From contig NC_057720.1 of NCBI RefSeq assembly GCF_004010195.1, forward strand, positions 10,262,530-10,326,529: 64,000 nt of DNA, given 5' to 3'. Shown in pieces: positions 13,180 to 25,384 of this stretch (the first letter of the stretch is position 1; every line of letters starts with the position of its first letter). Both the position numbers and the translations under genes were made by a program. The notes under the pieces were generated by a model. It searched no databases. It was given only the letters and a program-made list of their open reading frames with translations, and had not been told where the DNA came from. The stretch is from Chiloscyllium plagiosum (lineage: Eukaryota).

Positions 13180-13555
13180 AGTTTGTCTAAGTTACAGAAC
13201 CCTCCTAAGAGCAAGACTTTGACAGTGGCGGGACTGAAATCATAGATCAAGTCAACTGAGACTTGACCTATTTGTCGTCAAAGTGAGGGACTGCATGACC
13301 TTTTATGGATTTAATCTATGAATGGACTTGTGAGTTCTGGTAGATCTGATAGTTTTCACTTTATACTGATCTAATGCGATGTTAAGCTTCGCAGACACTG
13401 AGCATTTGGAATTTTTGGTGTAATTTCACACAGTGCAAGCACAGTCCTCTGAGGATTCCTTTCAATTCATTCTCTGGTCGTGGGTGGCACTGACAATGTG
13501 TCATTTCACTTGCAGGAGGAAACAGTCTTGATCAGACTGAAGCCAGGGACCAATA

Positions 13556-13717
13556 ATGAGGTTCCAAAAAACCTTCACCTTCGTGCTCAGCTGTATCCCA
13601 TGTAGTTATATTCTAAAGTGTTCTGGAGTAATGTTGGAGAATAATGGATATCGAGACGTAGTTATTGCCACTAACCCCAGGATTCAATATAGTGACAAGC
13701 TTATTGAAAATATTCAG
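13556..13717 (+). pseudogene. CLCA: CLCA first coding exon (54 codons)
   Basis: ATG 13556; MRFQKPSPSCSAVSPCSYILKCSGVMLENNGYRDVVIATNPRIQYSDKLIENIQ; donor GTGAAC at 13718; possible upstream acceptor ttgcag ending at 13515. Confidence 0.88.
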
Positions 13718-13868
13718 GTGAACTATTGAAGTGCTGTCTGTAGTGAATTATTTTGTTTCACTGCATATTCTTTAGTATTATGTTTTATTGCTTACAATTT
13801 AGGATTTGCTGGGAGAAGAGAGAATGTATTATGTTCTCTTTCCCATCACCTGGGTTTTTGTTTTACAG

Positions 13869-14012
13869 GAAATAATGACTGCAGCCTCCTCCTACCTTCA
13901 CCGAGTGATCAAACAACGAGTTTATTTCGCAGATGTGAAAATCCTGCTGCCTGGAACGTGGCCAGTTGGTTCCCACATGGTTCAGAGACTGACAACTTAA
14001 TCCTATGAGAAG
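13869..14012 (+). pseudogene. CLCA: CLCA exon 2 with premature stop and broken donor
   Basis: ttttacag|EIMTAASSYLHRVIKQRVYFADVKILLPGTWPVGSHMVQRLTT*SYEK; TAA at 13998-14000; expected donor reads TTAAGG. Confidence 0.9.
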
Positions 14013-14760
14013 TTAAGGACTGAGCGGTGAAAATAATGATCAGCTGAAGTCCTCTCCTGTTCAGCCACTGGGGCTTCCCCTGAAAAACCCAGTCACACTT
14101 GTCAGTGGGTCTTGTTTGTGTCAAACATCTGTCTGAGTTTCATTGGCACAACAGGGGTCTCTCTGAGGAAATTCTCAGCAAAATCTGATGTTTGCGAAAG
14201 ATTATCTTCAACGTGCCTTTTCTTTCTAACCATGGGTTCCATAAGAACCTTTTCTCACAGTGAATAAGGGAATACCCAGGCTGACACGAGAAGTGGGAAT
14301 TATACCTTGCAAGGAGCAATTAAATTACTTGCTTCTGATGTCGGAATATGATATCTCTTATTATATTTATATTTTTTTCTGGAGCTTTGGAGATGGTGAC
14401 CTGACTATTTTAGTATAAGGACAGCAACACAGTTGGTTTGAATAATATTGTGTTCCTTTACCAGGCTGAGAGATCTTTCTACTTTACGACTTAAAAATCC
14501 TCCTCTCCATAGGTTTGACAGTGCTGACAGCTTCAGGTGATCCGGAACTGATCATAAAGGTTGGATTATCAAAGTATAGGGAATTAGTTCTGGGGTTGGT
14601 CAGGACTGTAGAGGATAAATCTGCAGTTTGACAACATTCGAGGATGCAATGTCAGGTGGTCATTCTTATGGCCTGGGAGAAAGAAGGTGGACAGCACTGG
14701 GCAAGAAGTGGGCAAGGCCGGGGGATTTTCATTCCACACCAGCACCAGAGAAATTACTGA

Positions 14761-14916
14761 GGCCTGGCAGCATTTCGAGTGGGTCACAGGCACTGGCAGC
14801 ATTTAGAGTGGGTAACAGGCACGGCAGCATTTAGAGGGGGTCACAGGCACTGGCAGCATTTAGAGTGGGTCACAGGCACTGGCAGCATTTAGAGTGGGTC
14901 ACAGGCACTGGCAGCA
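14761..14916 (+). repeat. 29-bp minisatellite, about 5 units
   Basis: Unit ggcagcatttagagtgggtcacaggcact. Confidence 0.92.
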
Positions 14917-14955
14917 CTGACTGTGGGAAATGCCAGGATCCTTCCGTATTGCAAT

Positions 14956-15066
14956 GAGAAGAAAGTGGGCACAGCAGACGCTGGAGAGTCAAGAGTCAAA
15001 AAGTGTGGCCCTGGAAAAGCACAGCAGGTCAGGCAGCATCCGAGGAGTAGGACAGTTTTGGGCATA
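14956..15066 (-). mobile_element. Penelope-derived terminal fragment
   Basis: gagaagaaagtgggcacagcagacgctggagagtc...ctggaaaagcacagcaggtcaggcagcatccgagg. Confidence 0.7.
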
Positions 15067-15702
15067 TGCAGATGGGATGTTCTGAAAATCTCTCCCACTA
15101 AGCAAGAGATCTCAGTTCCAGTAACATTGAAGAGTGTCTTCTGTCCGGATGAATTGAGAATGGAGTTAATGGCATCAGGAAGCATTTGAGCTGAAGAAGC
15201 AAAGACTAAGAAAACTGGATGGTGGATTGTCACCGGATCGAAGAATAGAGGAGATATAAAGAATGGGAATGAGTATATGGGAACATTGTGGAAAATGCTA
15301 CTGAATCACAGGGATATGGGTGATTGGTATTCTATTGTTCATGACAACACAGGGTTGGGGGTGAAATAATGATGGGAGAAGGTATAGTCCAGGAATATTA
15401 AAGGGCAGGGGAAATGAGAGGATCTAGATTGGCTGTGTACTGTCCAGCTGACCAGGCAACAGGACACCAGGTTTTCCAACAATGGTGAATATTCAGCTTG
15501 CCTTTAGCATAGATGACAATGTAACATTATACTTGTTGATTATTTATTCTGTATCAAACACAGCTATAATTATTCGAAATGTTTGTACTTGACAATACAG
15601 GCCTAAGTTACTGTAACAGATTGAGAAAATCCCCAAAGAAATTCTGTCTCCTTGTACTGTAAGAATATTTGCATTTCTTCTATTGTAGTACATTCCTTTA
15701 TT

Positions 15703-15931
15703 GAGTATGTGTGTGTCACTGCGTGTGTGGTCGATGTGTGTATGTGTTTGTCTGTTGTCTGCCTGTGTTTGTTTCCAATGTGTCTATGTGTGTGTACGTG
15801 CCTCTGCATGTGTTACCAATGTATGTGAGTGTGTGTGTGTGCGCGACTCTGTGTGCTGTCTGCCGGTGTGTGACAATGTGACTCTGTGTGTGTTACTGAT
15901 GTATGTGTGTGTGCATGCTTGTGCATGTGTA
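15703..15931. repeat. Degenerate (TG)n microsatellite
   Basis: TG-rich tract just before CLCA exon 3. Confidence 0.9.
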
Positions 15932-15978
15932 TTGTTCCAGTGATCCTCACACAGTAGCATCTATTTGTCTTTTTCTAG

Positions 15979-16112
15979 GCTGATGTGATCATTACTGATC
16001 CATACCTTAAATACGGTGATGATCCATATACCCTGCAGTATAGTGGATGTGGTGAGAAGGGATGGTCTATTTCACTTTATCAGCAGTCTGATTTCACTTT
16101 ATGGACCAAAAG
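15979..16112 (+). pseudogene. CLCA: CLCA exon 3, frameshifted, broken donor
   Basis: ttttctag|ADVIITDPYLKYGDDPYTLQYSGCGEKG, then a frame change to HFISSLISLYGPK-G; expected donor reads GGAAGC. Confidence 0.9.
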
Positions 16113-16199
16113 GGAAGCAATTGACTCAACACACTACAACATATGCTTCTATCCCGAGTTATGTGGCAATAGTAGTTGGGTCAGTCTGTGCTACCATTC

Positions 16200-16556
16200 A
16201 TGGAGTCACAGAGAAGAACAGCACGGAAACAGACTCTTCTGTCCAACTCGTCCATGCCAACCAGATATCCTAACCTAATCTAGTCCCATTTGTCAGCACT
16301 TGGTCCATATCGCTCTAAACCCTTCGTATTCATTTACCCATCCAAATGCCTTTTAAATGCTGTAATTGTACCAGCCTCCACCACTTCCTGTGACAACTCA
16401 TTCCATACATGCACCGCCCTTTGCATCAAAAAGCTACCCCTTAGGTCCCTTTTCTATCTTTCCCCTCTCACCCTAAACCCATACCCTCTAGTCCTGGATT
16501 CCCCCACCACAGGGAAAATACCTTGTCTGTTTACCCTCTGAATGCCCCTCATGATT
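16200..16556 (-). mobile_element. CR1 3' fragment
   Basis: Reverse complement of the CR1 RT end and 3' UTR. Confidence 0.85.
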
Positions 16557-19500
16557 CAATATAGATCAACATCCTAACTTCATTTCCACTCCTTGTCTCA
16601 ATCATCTCTTAATATAATCGACTAGCAAAAATCCATTAGTTTCAAATTTAGGTTTTCTTGAGAGCTAGTATCTTTTGCTTTGAGTGGGAACCAGTTCCTC
16701 ACTTCTATCATATTGGCTGCAGTGTGGCCTCCCTACCTATGATTACCATCCCACCTCCAAAACTCTGTTAGCCACTTCCTCCAATTCCCTTCCTGGTCCC
16801 TTTCTGAGGTTGAAACATAAGAACCAGGAGCAGGAAAAGGCCATTTGGCCCATCGAGTTTGCTCTGCCATTCAGTAAGTTTAAGGCTGATCTTTTCGTGG
16901 ACTCAGACCCATTTGCCCACCTGCTCACCATAACCACTAATTCCTTTACTGTTCAAAAATCTATCTATCTTTGCCTTAAAACAGACTATTTGTAATCAAT
17001 GTGGGGCCTAGATAGATGTCTGATCACATACTCACCTTCACTGAGACTGCCTCCTTCCATTACATTGCTTATCACTGCCCTTGCACAAGCTTAACTGCTG
17101 CTGAAAACCTTCTCTCATAACTGTTCACTCCACTTTATTATTGACATGGAAATTCATTTCAAGTGTACTGCTTATTTGTTTAAAAAATTGCATGTAAGTA
17201 AATTATAGTGATCAATAAAATAGTGACTCTGTCTCAGGAAACTAATTTTAATTAAAACATATTTTGAAACTATTAGAATAATTGGTTAGTGAGACCAACC
17301 TGAGCTCATATCCGCTCCATATATGAGCTTCTGTTAAATATTCAAATGGAGAAGGGGTCAAGTGTGTCATGAGTCAATTTGTTCTATATCTGGATAATTG
17401 TAGCATTGTACACATTCAACAGTAATACTGAACAAACGGTGGTCCTCATTGTTAATGACAATCCTTACTTTCCCTAACATTTTTTCCAGAGCATATTTTA
17501 TTGAGGAGATTGTCTCCTCAAATACTCCTCCTCCTCTCCCTAGCTAAATTAATAATCTCTTCATCCTTAAAGAGTCTACTTTCAGAAGAAGCCATATCCA
17601 ACAAGACTTCTGTTCCAGTACTCCTTACTTTCTACTGTTCAAAACCTCTCCTTCCCGCATTGTTAATCTCCCCATCTTCATATAACACTGACCTCTAATT
17701 AGCTCCCTTTCCAGCAATTTCTTGATTTTGGAATTGTGCTTCCTGTCTCACATCAGTCAGTGGTCTTTCCCTCACTGTTTTTGTCATCTCCACCAGTCCT
17801 ATAACTCCCTGAGATGTCTAAACTCCTCCAATTCCATTCTTCTAACAATTTCCAGTTTTGACGGCTCCACCATAAGCCAATGCCCTAAGCTTCTGAATTC
17901 CTTCTCTAAACCTCTCCGACTCTCAGTGTTTCACTGTTTTAACTCACTGTTTAAGACATCTTTCATCAAACATTTTCCCATCTGCTCTCATAAATCTGGG
18001 TTGTAGTTCAATGCCAAATCATGTATAATAGCACTCAAGTTCTTTGTGATTTTTTTTTAAGAACTATCAGTTATTGTTCCTTTGTGACTTCCTCAAAAAT
18101 GTCATTAGATATATTTCATCTGACCTCCCTTTACAAATCAAATCAGTTCAAATTTCTTTGAATTCTTAGCCATTCTGTCCTGGACGAGAAGATTCCAGTA
18201 AATTCCTCACAACAAAAATAAAACTAATAAATCTCTAGTTTTCTGGTTTCACTTTTGGGGGCGTGGATATTTAATAGCGGATGTAAAAGTACAAGAAGAT
18301 TGAATCATGTTCCGGCAGGGAGGTGTTATTGTAGCAGTAATCTCACAACTAAACCCAGAGGCCGGGACTTGCGCTCTGGCTGTGCTTTCAAATCTTGCTA
18401 TGATGTTGGTGGATTTTAAATTCAGTTAAAAACGCTCAGTGATGATGATCACAAAGCTACCATTGACTGTCATATTTCAACAGGGAAGAAAATCTACTCC
18501 ACGTCTAGCAGCATCTGTGGGAAACAGTAGTAAAGTTAACATTTTGAGTCTGATATGATTCTTCTTCTTGAATTCTGAACAAGAGTCACGATGGATTTGG
18601 AATGCTAATGCTACCTCACTCTCTACACATGCTGCCTGACTTGCTGAGTGCCTCAAACTGATTCTAGATACTGTTCAGATTTTCAGCATTCTGATTCTAT
18701 TATAAGGAAACCTACACTCCCAACCTGATCAGAACCACAAGAGACTCTGGACCCAGAGCAATGGGATTGAATCTTGACTATCCTCAGTTGAAGGGAAATT
18801 GGGGTTGGGCAAATGCTGGCCTTACTGAGTGAAAAAACAATGCATTGTGGGACTGGATGCAGTTTTGTGAGTAGTCATGCTGGTGCACAGCTGTACAATC
18901 AGTGAGCAAATAAATGTTGGGTATTTACCCAATTTATACAAGGCGATCTTGAAGGTGACAATGAGATGGCCCCATGGAATTGCCTCAGGCTTGGCTGAGA
19001 TGTAGTGATGCATGGATAAGTGGGAAGGGAAGGAAGCAAAGGACAATTGGTGCTAAGACTGAAGTGGCTGTGGGGAGTGAAACTTGAGTTATATCACAAG
19101 ATGCAGGTAATGAACAAACATGCTCACTCTTCTTGGTCTAATTGCAACATTAAACCATTTCTGTGCTTCATCAAAGAAGGTCACAATGCTCCTGCTGCAA
19201 ACCTGTTGATCAGAGAAGCCATGTAGAGTTCTTTCTCCCAGTTCTGCAGTAAAGTATATCCCTCCTTCTCTCAGCTGTGTGCAGCCTTGTTACAAACATT
19301 GCAATACATTTCTAAGCTCCTTCACCATCAGGTTAGGAGAGGATTAATGTATTCAGCTCTATCCTTTCACAGAATAATCCTCTGCTACTCAGAGATCTTG
19401 CAGCAGAAACTAATACCACAGACAACAGAGGCTGTAAAATGTGGTTTGCCTTGCCTCAAACCAACATAATTCCACTGACAGAATTTGACATGCAGACAAG

Positions 19501-19601
19501 AGACCAATTATATTGACTAACACATTCATACTGCTAATATCTCCCAGAAAATGAAAGCACTCGGTTTCACAATTTTTAACAGAAAAATACTAATGTTACA
19601 G

Positions 19602-19710
19602 GTCAAGTATTTCTTCATGAGTGGGCTCGATTTCAGTGGGGAGTGTTTGAAGAATATAACCACCTTGAGCCTTTCTATATGTCAGATGATGGAACCTCTG
19701 AGGCGACAAG
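19602..19710 (+). pseudogene. CLCA: CLCA exon 4 (metalloprotease motif exon), frame open
   Basis: ttacag|(G)QVFLHEWARFQWGVFEEYNHLEPFYMSDDGTSEAT(R)|gtagga. This frame is not in the ORF track. Confidence 0.92.
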
Positions 19711-19825
19711 GTAGGACAATTCAAGATGACTGATGTTGTCCAGTGAAGAGAGTCTTTCAAGATGTCTAGACAAGACAGCAATACTTGAAAGAAGGGAAAA
19801 TGTGCATTTAATTTGTTACTTCGAC

Positions 19826-20495
19826 AGTCATAGAGATTTACAACTTGGAAACAGGCCCCTTTGACTCAACTCACCCATGCTGCCTAGTTTTCACAATTGA
19901 TCTAGTCCCTTTTGCCTGCATTTGGCCCATATCCCTCCATACCTGTGCCATTCATGTGTATTTCCACAAGTCTCTTAAATGACAAAATTGTATTCGCCTC
20001 CAACACTTCCTGCAGCAGTCCATTCCAGACACTCACCACCTTCTGTGTGAAAACATTGCCCCTCTGGATCCTTTTGTATGTCTCCCCTCTCATCTTAAAC
20101 CAATGCCCCCTTGTCTTAGACTCTCCTACCATGGGGAAAAGCTGTTAGCTATCTCCCATATCTATGCCTCTCATCATTTTATATATTTCTATCAGGTCAC
20201 CCCTCAGTCTCTGATGCTTCAGGGAAAAAAGTCCCAGCCTATCCAACGTCTCCTTATAAGTCAAACTTCCAGTCTAGGCAGAATCCTTGTCAATATTTTC
20301 TAGTTTAATAATATCCTTTGTACAGAAGAGAAACCAGAACTGCACACAGTACTCCAAATGTTGCCTCATCAATGTCTTGTACAGCTGCAACAAGATGTCC
20401 CAGCTCCTGTATTCAATGCTATGGTGAAGGCAAGCATGTCGAAAGCCTTTTTCACCACCCTGTCTACCTGTGAATCCATTTTTGAGGAGCTACGC
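19826..20495 (-). mobile_element. CR1 3' fragment
   Basis: ESKTRGH..FTQKVVSVWNGL on the minus strand. Confidence 0.85.
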
Positions 20496-21097
20496 TTGTG
20501 TGATTTGGATGTCCCTAGGAATGCCGTCATTTGTTGACCTTGGGACTATCTTGCTTGGACATTTCAAAGGTCAGTTAAAAATCAACCACATTACTTGGGT
20601 CTGGAGTCATGTGTCGGTCAGACCAGGTAAGGAAGGCAGATTTCTCTCCATAGGTCTGCAGCAGACTTGTTAACCACAATCAAGCCAACACAGTGCATGG
20701 GTAACTTAGCTGTGTTGCTATCTCATGCATGGGGACAGGGTACTGAACAACACTTTCAGACCACGGCAACCCCTCCAGGAAACCCCCTTTTGCTGGGGTA
20801 CCAAGAACCACCAACCATTGTGACATGGCCCAGGATGACATATCCTCGAGAGCAAGCACCTGAGTGCCCTGAGGCTCCTATGCCTGAACACAGTGCCAGC
20901 TGGAAAGCTGTGAAAGAGGACGATGTGGATGTCACACAAATAAATACTTTTAAACAAGCATCCTCACTCGGATTTGGATAATGTGACCTGCTCACAAAGA
21001 GGCTGCAACAGGCTTGGGGTCAGCAGTATCATATGGTACTTTTCATAAGCAATGGCTGTAACAAACCATTTCACAGACAATGACGTACGATTGAAGA

Positions 21098-21306
21098 CGG
21101 GGTCAGTTTGCTCAGATGGTTGGTTTGTGATACAAAGTGATGCCAACAGCATGGGTTCAATTTCTGCACTGGCTGAGGTCACTATGAAGGATTCTCCTTC
21201 TCAACCTCTCCTCTGGCCTGAGGCATAATGACCCTCAGGTGAAAGTACCACCAGTCATCTCTCTCTGAGAGAGCAGTCCTCTGGGACTATGGTAACTTTA
21301 CCTTTT
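21098..21306 (+). mobile_element. Older tRNA-derived SINE of another family
   Basis: Head with A/B-box-like tgctcagatggt and gggttcaatttc; tail ggtaactttaccttt. Confidence 0.55.
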
Positions 21307-21774
21307 ACCCCAGCGGTGAAAATCCTGTTGTCATGTAGAGTGTGTCAGAGCCAATTCATGTACAACAGGGTCTGGCAAAGTTCAATAAGAACCAGGTGAT
21401 CTGTTTGAAGTGTTGGTTTTGTTGGCCAGGACACAAGGGGCAAATCACCTGACCTTCTTCAAAGCTCTATGGGATCTTTCGGCCTACTTGAGAGAGCAGT
21501 TACAGCCACAAGGACGAGTTGGGGGATTGAAGGGTCTGTTTCCGTGCTGCATGCTTCTATTACTCTATGACCTAATCTCAGTGCAAGATGTTACCTCTGA
21601 CATCCTACATTAGCCTTCATAGTTCTGACCAAGTCCTGGGACACATCCTGAATCCAAAGCCTTCAGCTCAGAGGGGAGAGCACTGCCGACTGAGTCCAAG
21701 GCTGACGCAACGTGCTCAGAATGAGGGCTAACTGTGTGCTGTGGCCTCCATTGTGTTGCACCTTTTATATTACA

Positions 21775-22120
21775 TTTATTCATGGGATGCGGGCATTGCT
21801 GGCTAAGCCCAGCATTTATTGCCCATCCCTAACTGCCTGGGGGGCAGTTAAGTGTCAATCACATTGCTGTGGGTCTGGTATCACATGTCGACCAGGCCAA
21901 GTAAGGACAGCAGATTTCCTTCCCTATGGGGCATTAATCAACTGAAATAAGTTTTTATGAAAGTCAAGTGCTTTCATGGTTAACACTAGACTATCTTTAT
22001 ATTACAGATTTTTTCCTTCGTTGAATTCAAATTTCACCATGTGTTGTGGTGGGGTTTGACCTCATGTTCCCAAAGCATTAACCTGGAGTTCTGGCTTACC
22101 AGTCCAACTCTACTACCCAA
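21775..22120 (-). mobile_element. SacSINE/Deu-SINE-like element
   Basis: Same family as 63497-63853 (gcatttattgcccatccct, cacattgctgtgggtctgg, ttgaattcaaatt). Confidence 0.7.
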
Positions 22121-23169
22121 CAACGTCCCCTTCCTCCTTGCTCCCTGACATCAGGAGACTGCCTGGCTGACCAGCCACAACAGCAGCATATCCATATCCG
22201 TGCCCCTTCAAGACCACCCTGGGACTGCTGCCTCACTGAACTTTCATAGCAGAATCCAGCAACCACCTCCCCTTCAGGAAAAGGAAGCATCCATGTCTCC
22301 CTGTTCTGAAGAAGAGTCACACTGCACTCAAAAAATAACTCTTTCACTCTCCACAAATGCTATCAGACCTGCTGAGTTTCTCCAGCACTTTCTGTTTTCA
22401 ATCCTTTTCCCCATGACCTGGCTGTAGCTCGCTATTGCCTGCTGACTCACCACGTGTTGGTCATAACCCTGCACTGATCTCCATGGTACATATCGTGCCA
22501 GTATCCAAGCTGCACGAATGAGATAAAGTGCCGGGATCTGTTCATCGGTGCTGTGCTGTTGCTGTCTCCCTTCCTCCTGGAACTCCTGTACCTGAGCAGG
22601 TGGCAGTTCCAGCATGACTCAAATCAGATCTCAGAAGGAGAAAGCTGATCTGAGGGTAGAGGGTGTGGATGGGAAGCAAGAGGTTAATGGTTATACCATC
22701 AACAGCTAGTTCATCAGAAAGCAGGGTTAAGGTGAACCAGGAATAGTGAAGGGGCATAAGTCAGGAATAGAACATCGGCCTCATTATTCTCAATCATGTC
22801 GGACGAGACAGGTTTTGGGATCTTTGGCTCCTTGATGTTGACAGGAATCTCCTCTGTCAAGTTCAGGAGATGTAGGTAGCTTTGCGATGAGTCTGTTCCC
22901 TTCTCTTATGAGAGGGGGCAGAGTTTCTGTGATTGACTTGCATTGTGATTGGCTGATCTGTTCATCATAGCTCAGTAGCTGAAGGAATGTGGAGCAGCAA
23001 GAAACAGCAGTTTCTTGTGAGCAGTCAGTGAGGGGCCAATCATCGTACCTCCTGAAAGTCAGGGAGTGGCTCAGTGAAAGTGTTGGTGTGGTGGAAGGGT
23101 CAACGTTTGAGTAGGGGTTGAGAAGTGACAGGTCATGATGCAGACATTGGTGAGTGAAGTCAAGTCCAT

Positions 23170-23531
23170 GGGGCTGTATGGTGGCTCAGTGGTTAGCACT
23201 GCTGCCTCACAGTGCCTGGGACCCAGGTATCATTCCAGTCTTGAGTGACTTGGCTGATTGGAGTTTGCATGTTCTCCCTGTGTCTGCATGGTTTTCCTCC
23301 AGATGCTCCAGTTTCCTCCCACAGTCCAATGATGTGTGTGTTATGTGGATTGACCATGCTAAATTGCCCATTGTATCCAGTGAGGCACAGGTTAGGTGGA
23401 TTAGCCATGGTAAATGCAGGGTTATACCGTGGGGGAGTGGGAGCGGGGGGTGGCTGTGGGTAGAAGCTGTTTGGAGGGTCAGTGCAGGCCCGACGGGTGG
23501 AATGGCCTCTACTGAACTGTGGGGATTCTAT
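23170..23531 (+). mobile_element. HE1/V-SINE-like SINE
   Basis: gtggctcagtggttagcactgctgcctcacag head and conserved body. Confidence 0.88.
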
Positions 23532-24106
23532 CCACATTCCAAATGTTGGCCACCTGCTCCCATCTCCTTTTTGTGTGAGTGGTCCTTGAAAACTTCTGAG
23601 GGCCAATGGAGCCAAGATGTTTTTCCTCCCAATCACCTCCTCCACTAAAGCCTCCAGTGTCACATTATTCCACCCTGAAACTCTCTCTTTGCCCTGGTGT
23701 TCATCATTTAGTGCAGTAATGCTTTAACATCAATAGAATACCTTCAGGAAGGGTGTGCTTGCTCAGCACACTGTTGATGGACAACCTTTATGGTTTCAGC
23801 ATTCCCTGCTGAGTGCAGAAGCAGCCAGGAGTATTGGGACCCACTGAGACTCAAACTACAATTCTGCTAATAATTTGGGAATGTTGTCCTCCTCTGACAG
23901 AACTGGTGGAGGCAGAATGTGTATCACGTCTCCCATGTCCGAAATAACTGGTGCTGATAAAAGAAGACAATGAATCAAATCAGCCTCAAGCAATTTCTGC
24001 TTCTCGATGTTGTCCAAAATCGCATGTTCAATTTCATTAAATGATCTCTTCTGAAAGAAATGTTACTCAGAATCAATTACAATGTAAATATTATATTGAC
24101 TCTCAG

Positions 24107-24272
24107 ATGTGCAAAAGAGATAACTGGAATAGCTGCTGATTGCACAGGCAGATCCTGTTCACCACGTGAGATTGATCCTGATACAACATTGCTGAAAGGT
24201 GTTTGTGAATTCTTCCCAGTGAAGAATCAGAATTCATCCTTTTCGATCATGTACCTCCAGGAGCTGCCAAAT
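24107..24272 (+). pseudogene. CLCA: CLCA exon 5 (Cys-rich)
   Basis: tctcag|CAKEITGIAADCTGRSCSPREIDPDTTLLKGVCEFFPVKNQNSSFSIMYLQELPN|gtaagt. Confidence 0.88.
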
Positions 24273-25384
24273 GTAAGTGGAGATACAATAAGGTGCTTTT
24301 CTCAAATATCATTAGCAGCTCCTGTGGCTTTTACACGGCTTATCATATCAGCTCCAGGCCACTGTGACAGGATAACCCTCAGGGTAGCCTCTTAGGCAGA
24401 ATTATCCTCACTGTGCTTCACCAATGTTCTTCCCCTCACCTGGACACTGCTGCCGATTGTACAGTTTTCAGCTCAATTCGCAATTCTTCGAATAACAGAG
24501 CTGTCTGTGCATTCATGACACAGGACCTGCACAATACCCAGGGTGAACCTGGCAAGTGTCAAAGTGCCAGGCAATGACCATCTCCAACAAGTGAGAATCT
24601 AACTATCTCCTCTTTACATTCAATCTGATTACCCTCACTATTACTATCCTGGGGATTACCACTGGCCAACAACTAAATTGATATCATTCTGGAACAGGTC
24701 AGGGACCCCGCAGTGAGTGCTACATCCCTGCAGCCTCTCTCCCCACCACCTCAGGTCAGTTCGGAAAGTGACAATAACATTCAGCTGAAGAATAAGTATG
24801 AACCCATGTCTAACTATATATTTGTATATTTCTTTGAAAGGGACTTGTATCTTGGCTTCAGTGCTCTCGGAGCATTTCACTTTGATGGAATCCTCCAATT
24901 TCTCAGCATCAATCTCCCCTTTTTACTACAGATTGGGAGTGACTGCTTTTCATTGGAGGGACAGCAGTGAAATCGTGCATTTTCCCCATCTCCAGCTTCC
25001 TCCTGCAGGCTTCACAGAGCCAGGCCCTGGAAGTTGTTGATAATACAGGGATTGGTATCTTTCCATGATCAGTTACCATTGATTGGGGAAAGGAAATACG
25101 CAATTGCTATTGGGAACACCCTATTCACGATAAAGAGGGATTTTGTGAAAAATATATTTGGCTAATTTGTCTTTTGCTTATTTTCAAGCTCAGATTGTGA
25201 TGATATCAGTGTGAAGTATGTTTTAAACTTTGTGTCCAGGAGCACACATCTGATGTCCTGTTAGAGTCCCTTGGTATCCATTGGAATTAATGGATTGCCA
25301 ATCCAGGTGGTTTCATTGTGGGTGAGTGGTGGGACTAATAGATCACTGTCCGTTTGGGAAAGGTAAAAATGGTTTACAATATAG

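Noticed and set aside
14450..14500. Acceptor-like tttaccag|GCTGAG resembling the start of CLCA exon 3
   Set aside because: No CLCA similarity follows and a stop occurs within ten codons.
20667..20981. 104-aa Pro-rich ORF in CLCA intron 4
   Set aside because: No recognisable domain or splice support; lies among repeat fragments.
22420..23150. Unassigned GC-richer intronic stretch, possibly a DNA-transposon remnant
   Set aside because: No terminal repeats or diagnostic motifs could be read, so it is left uncalled.
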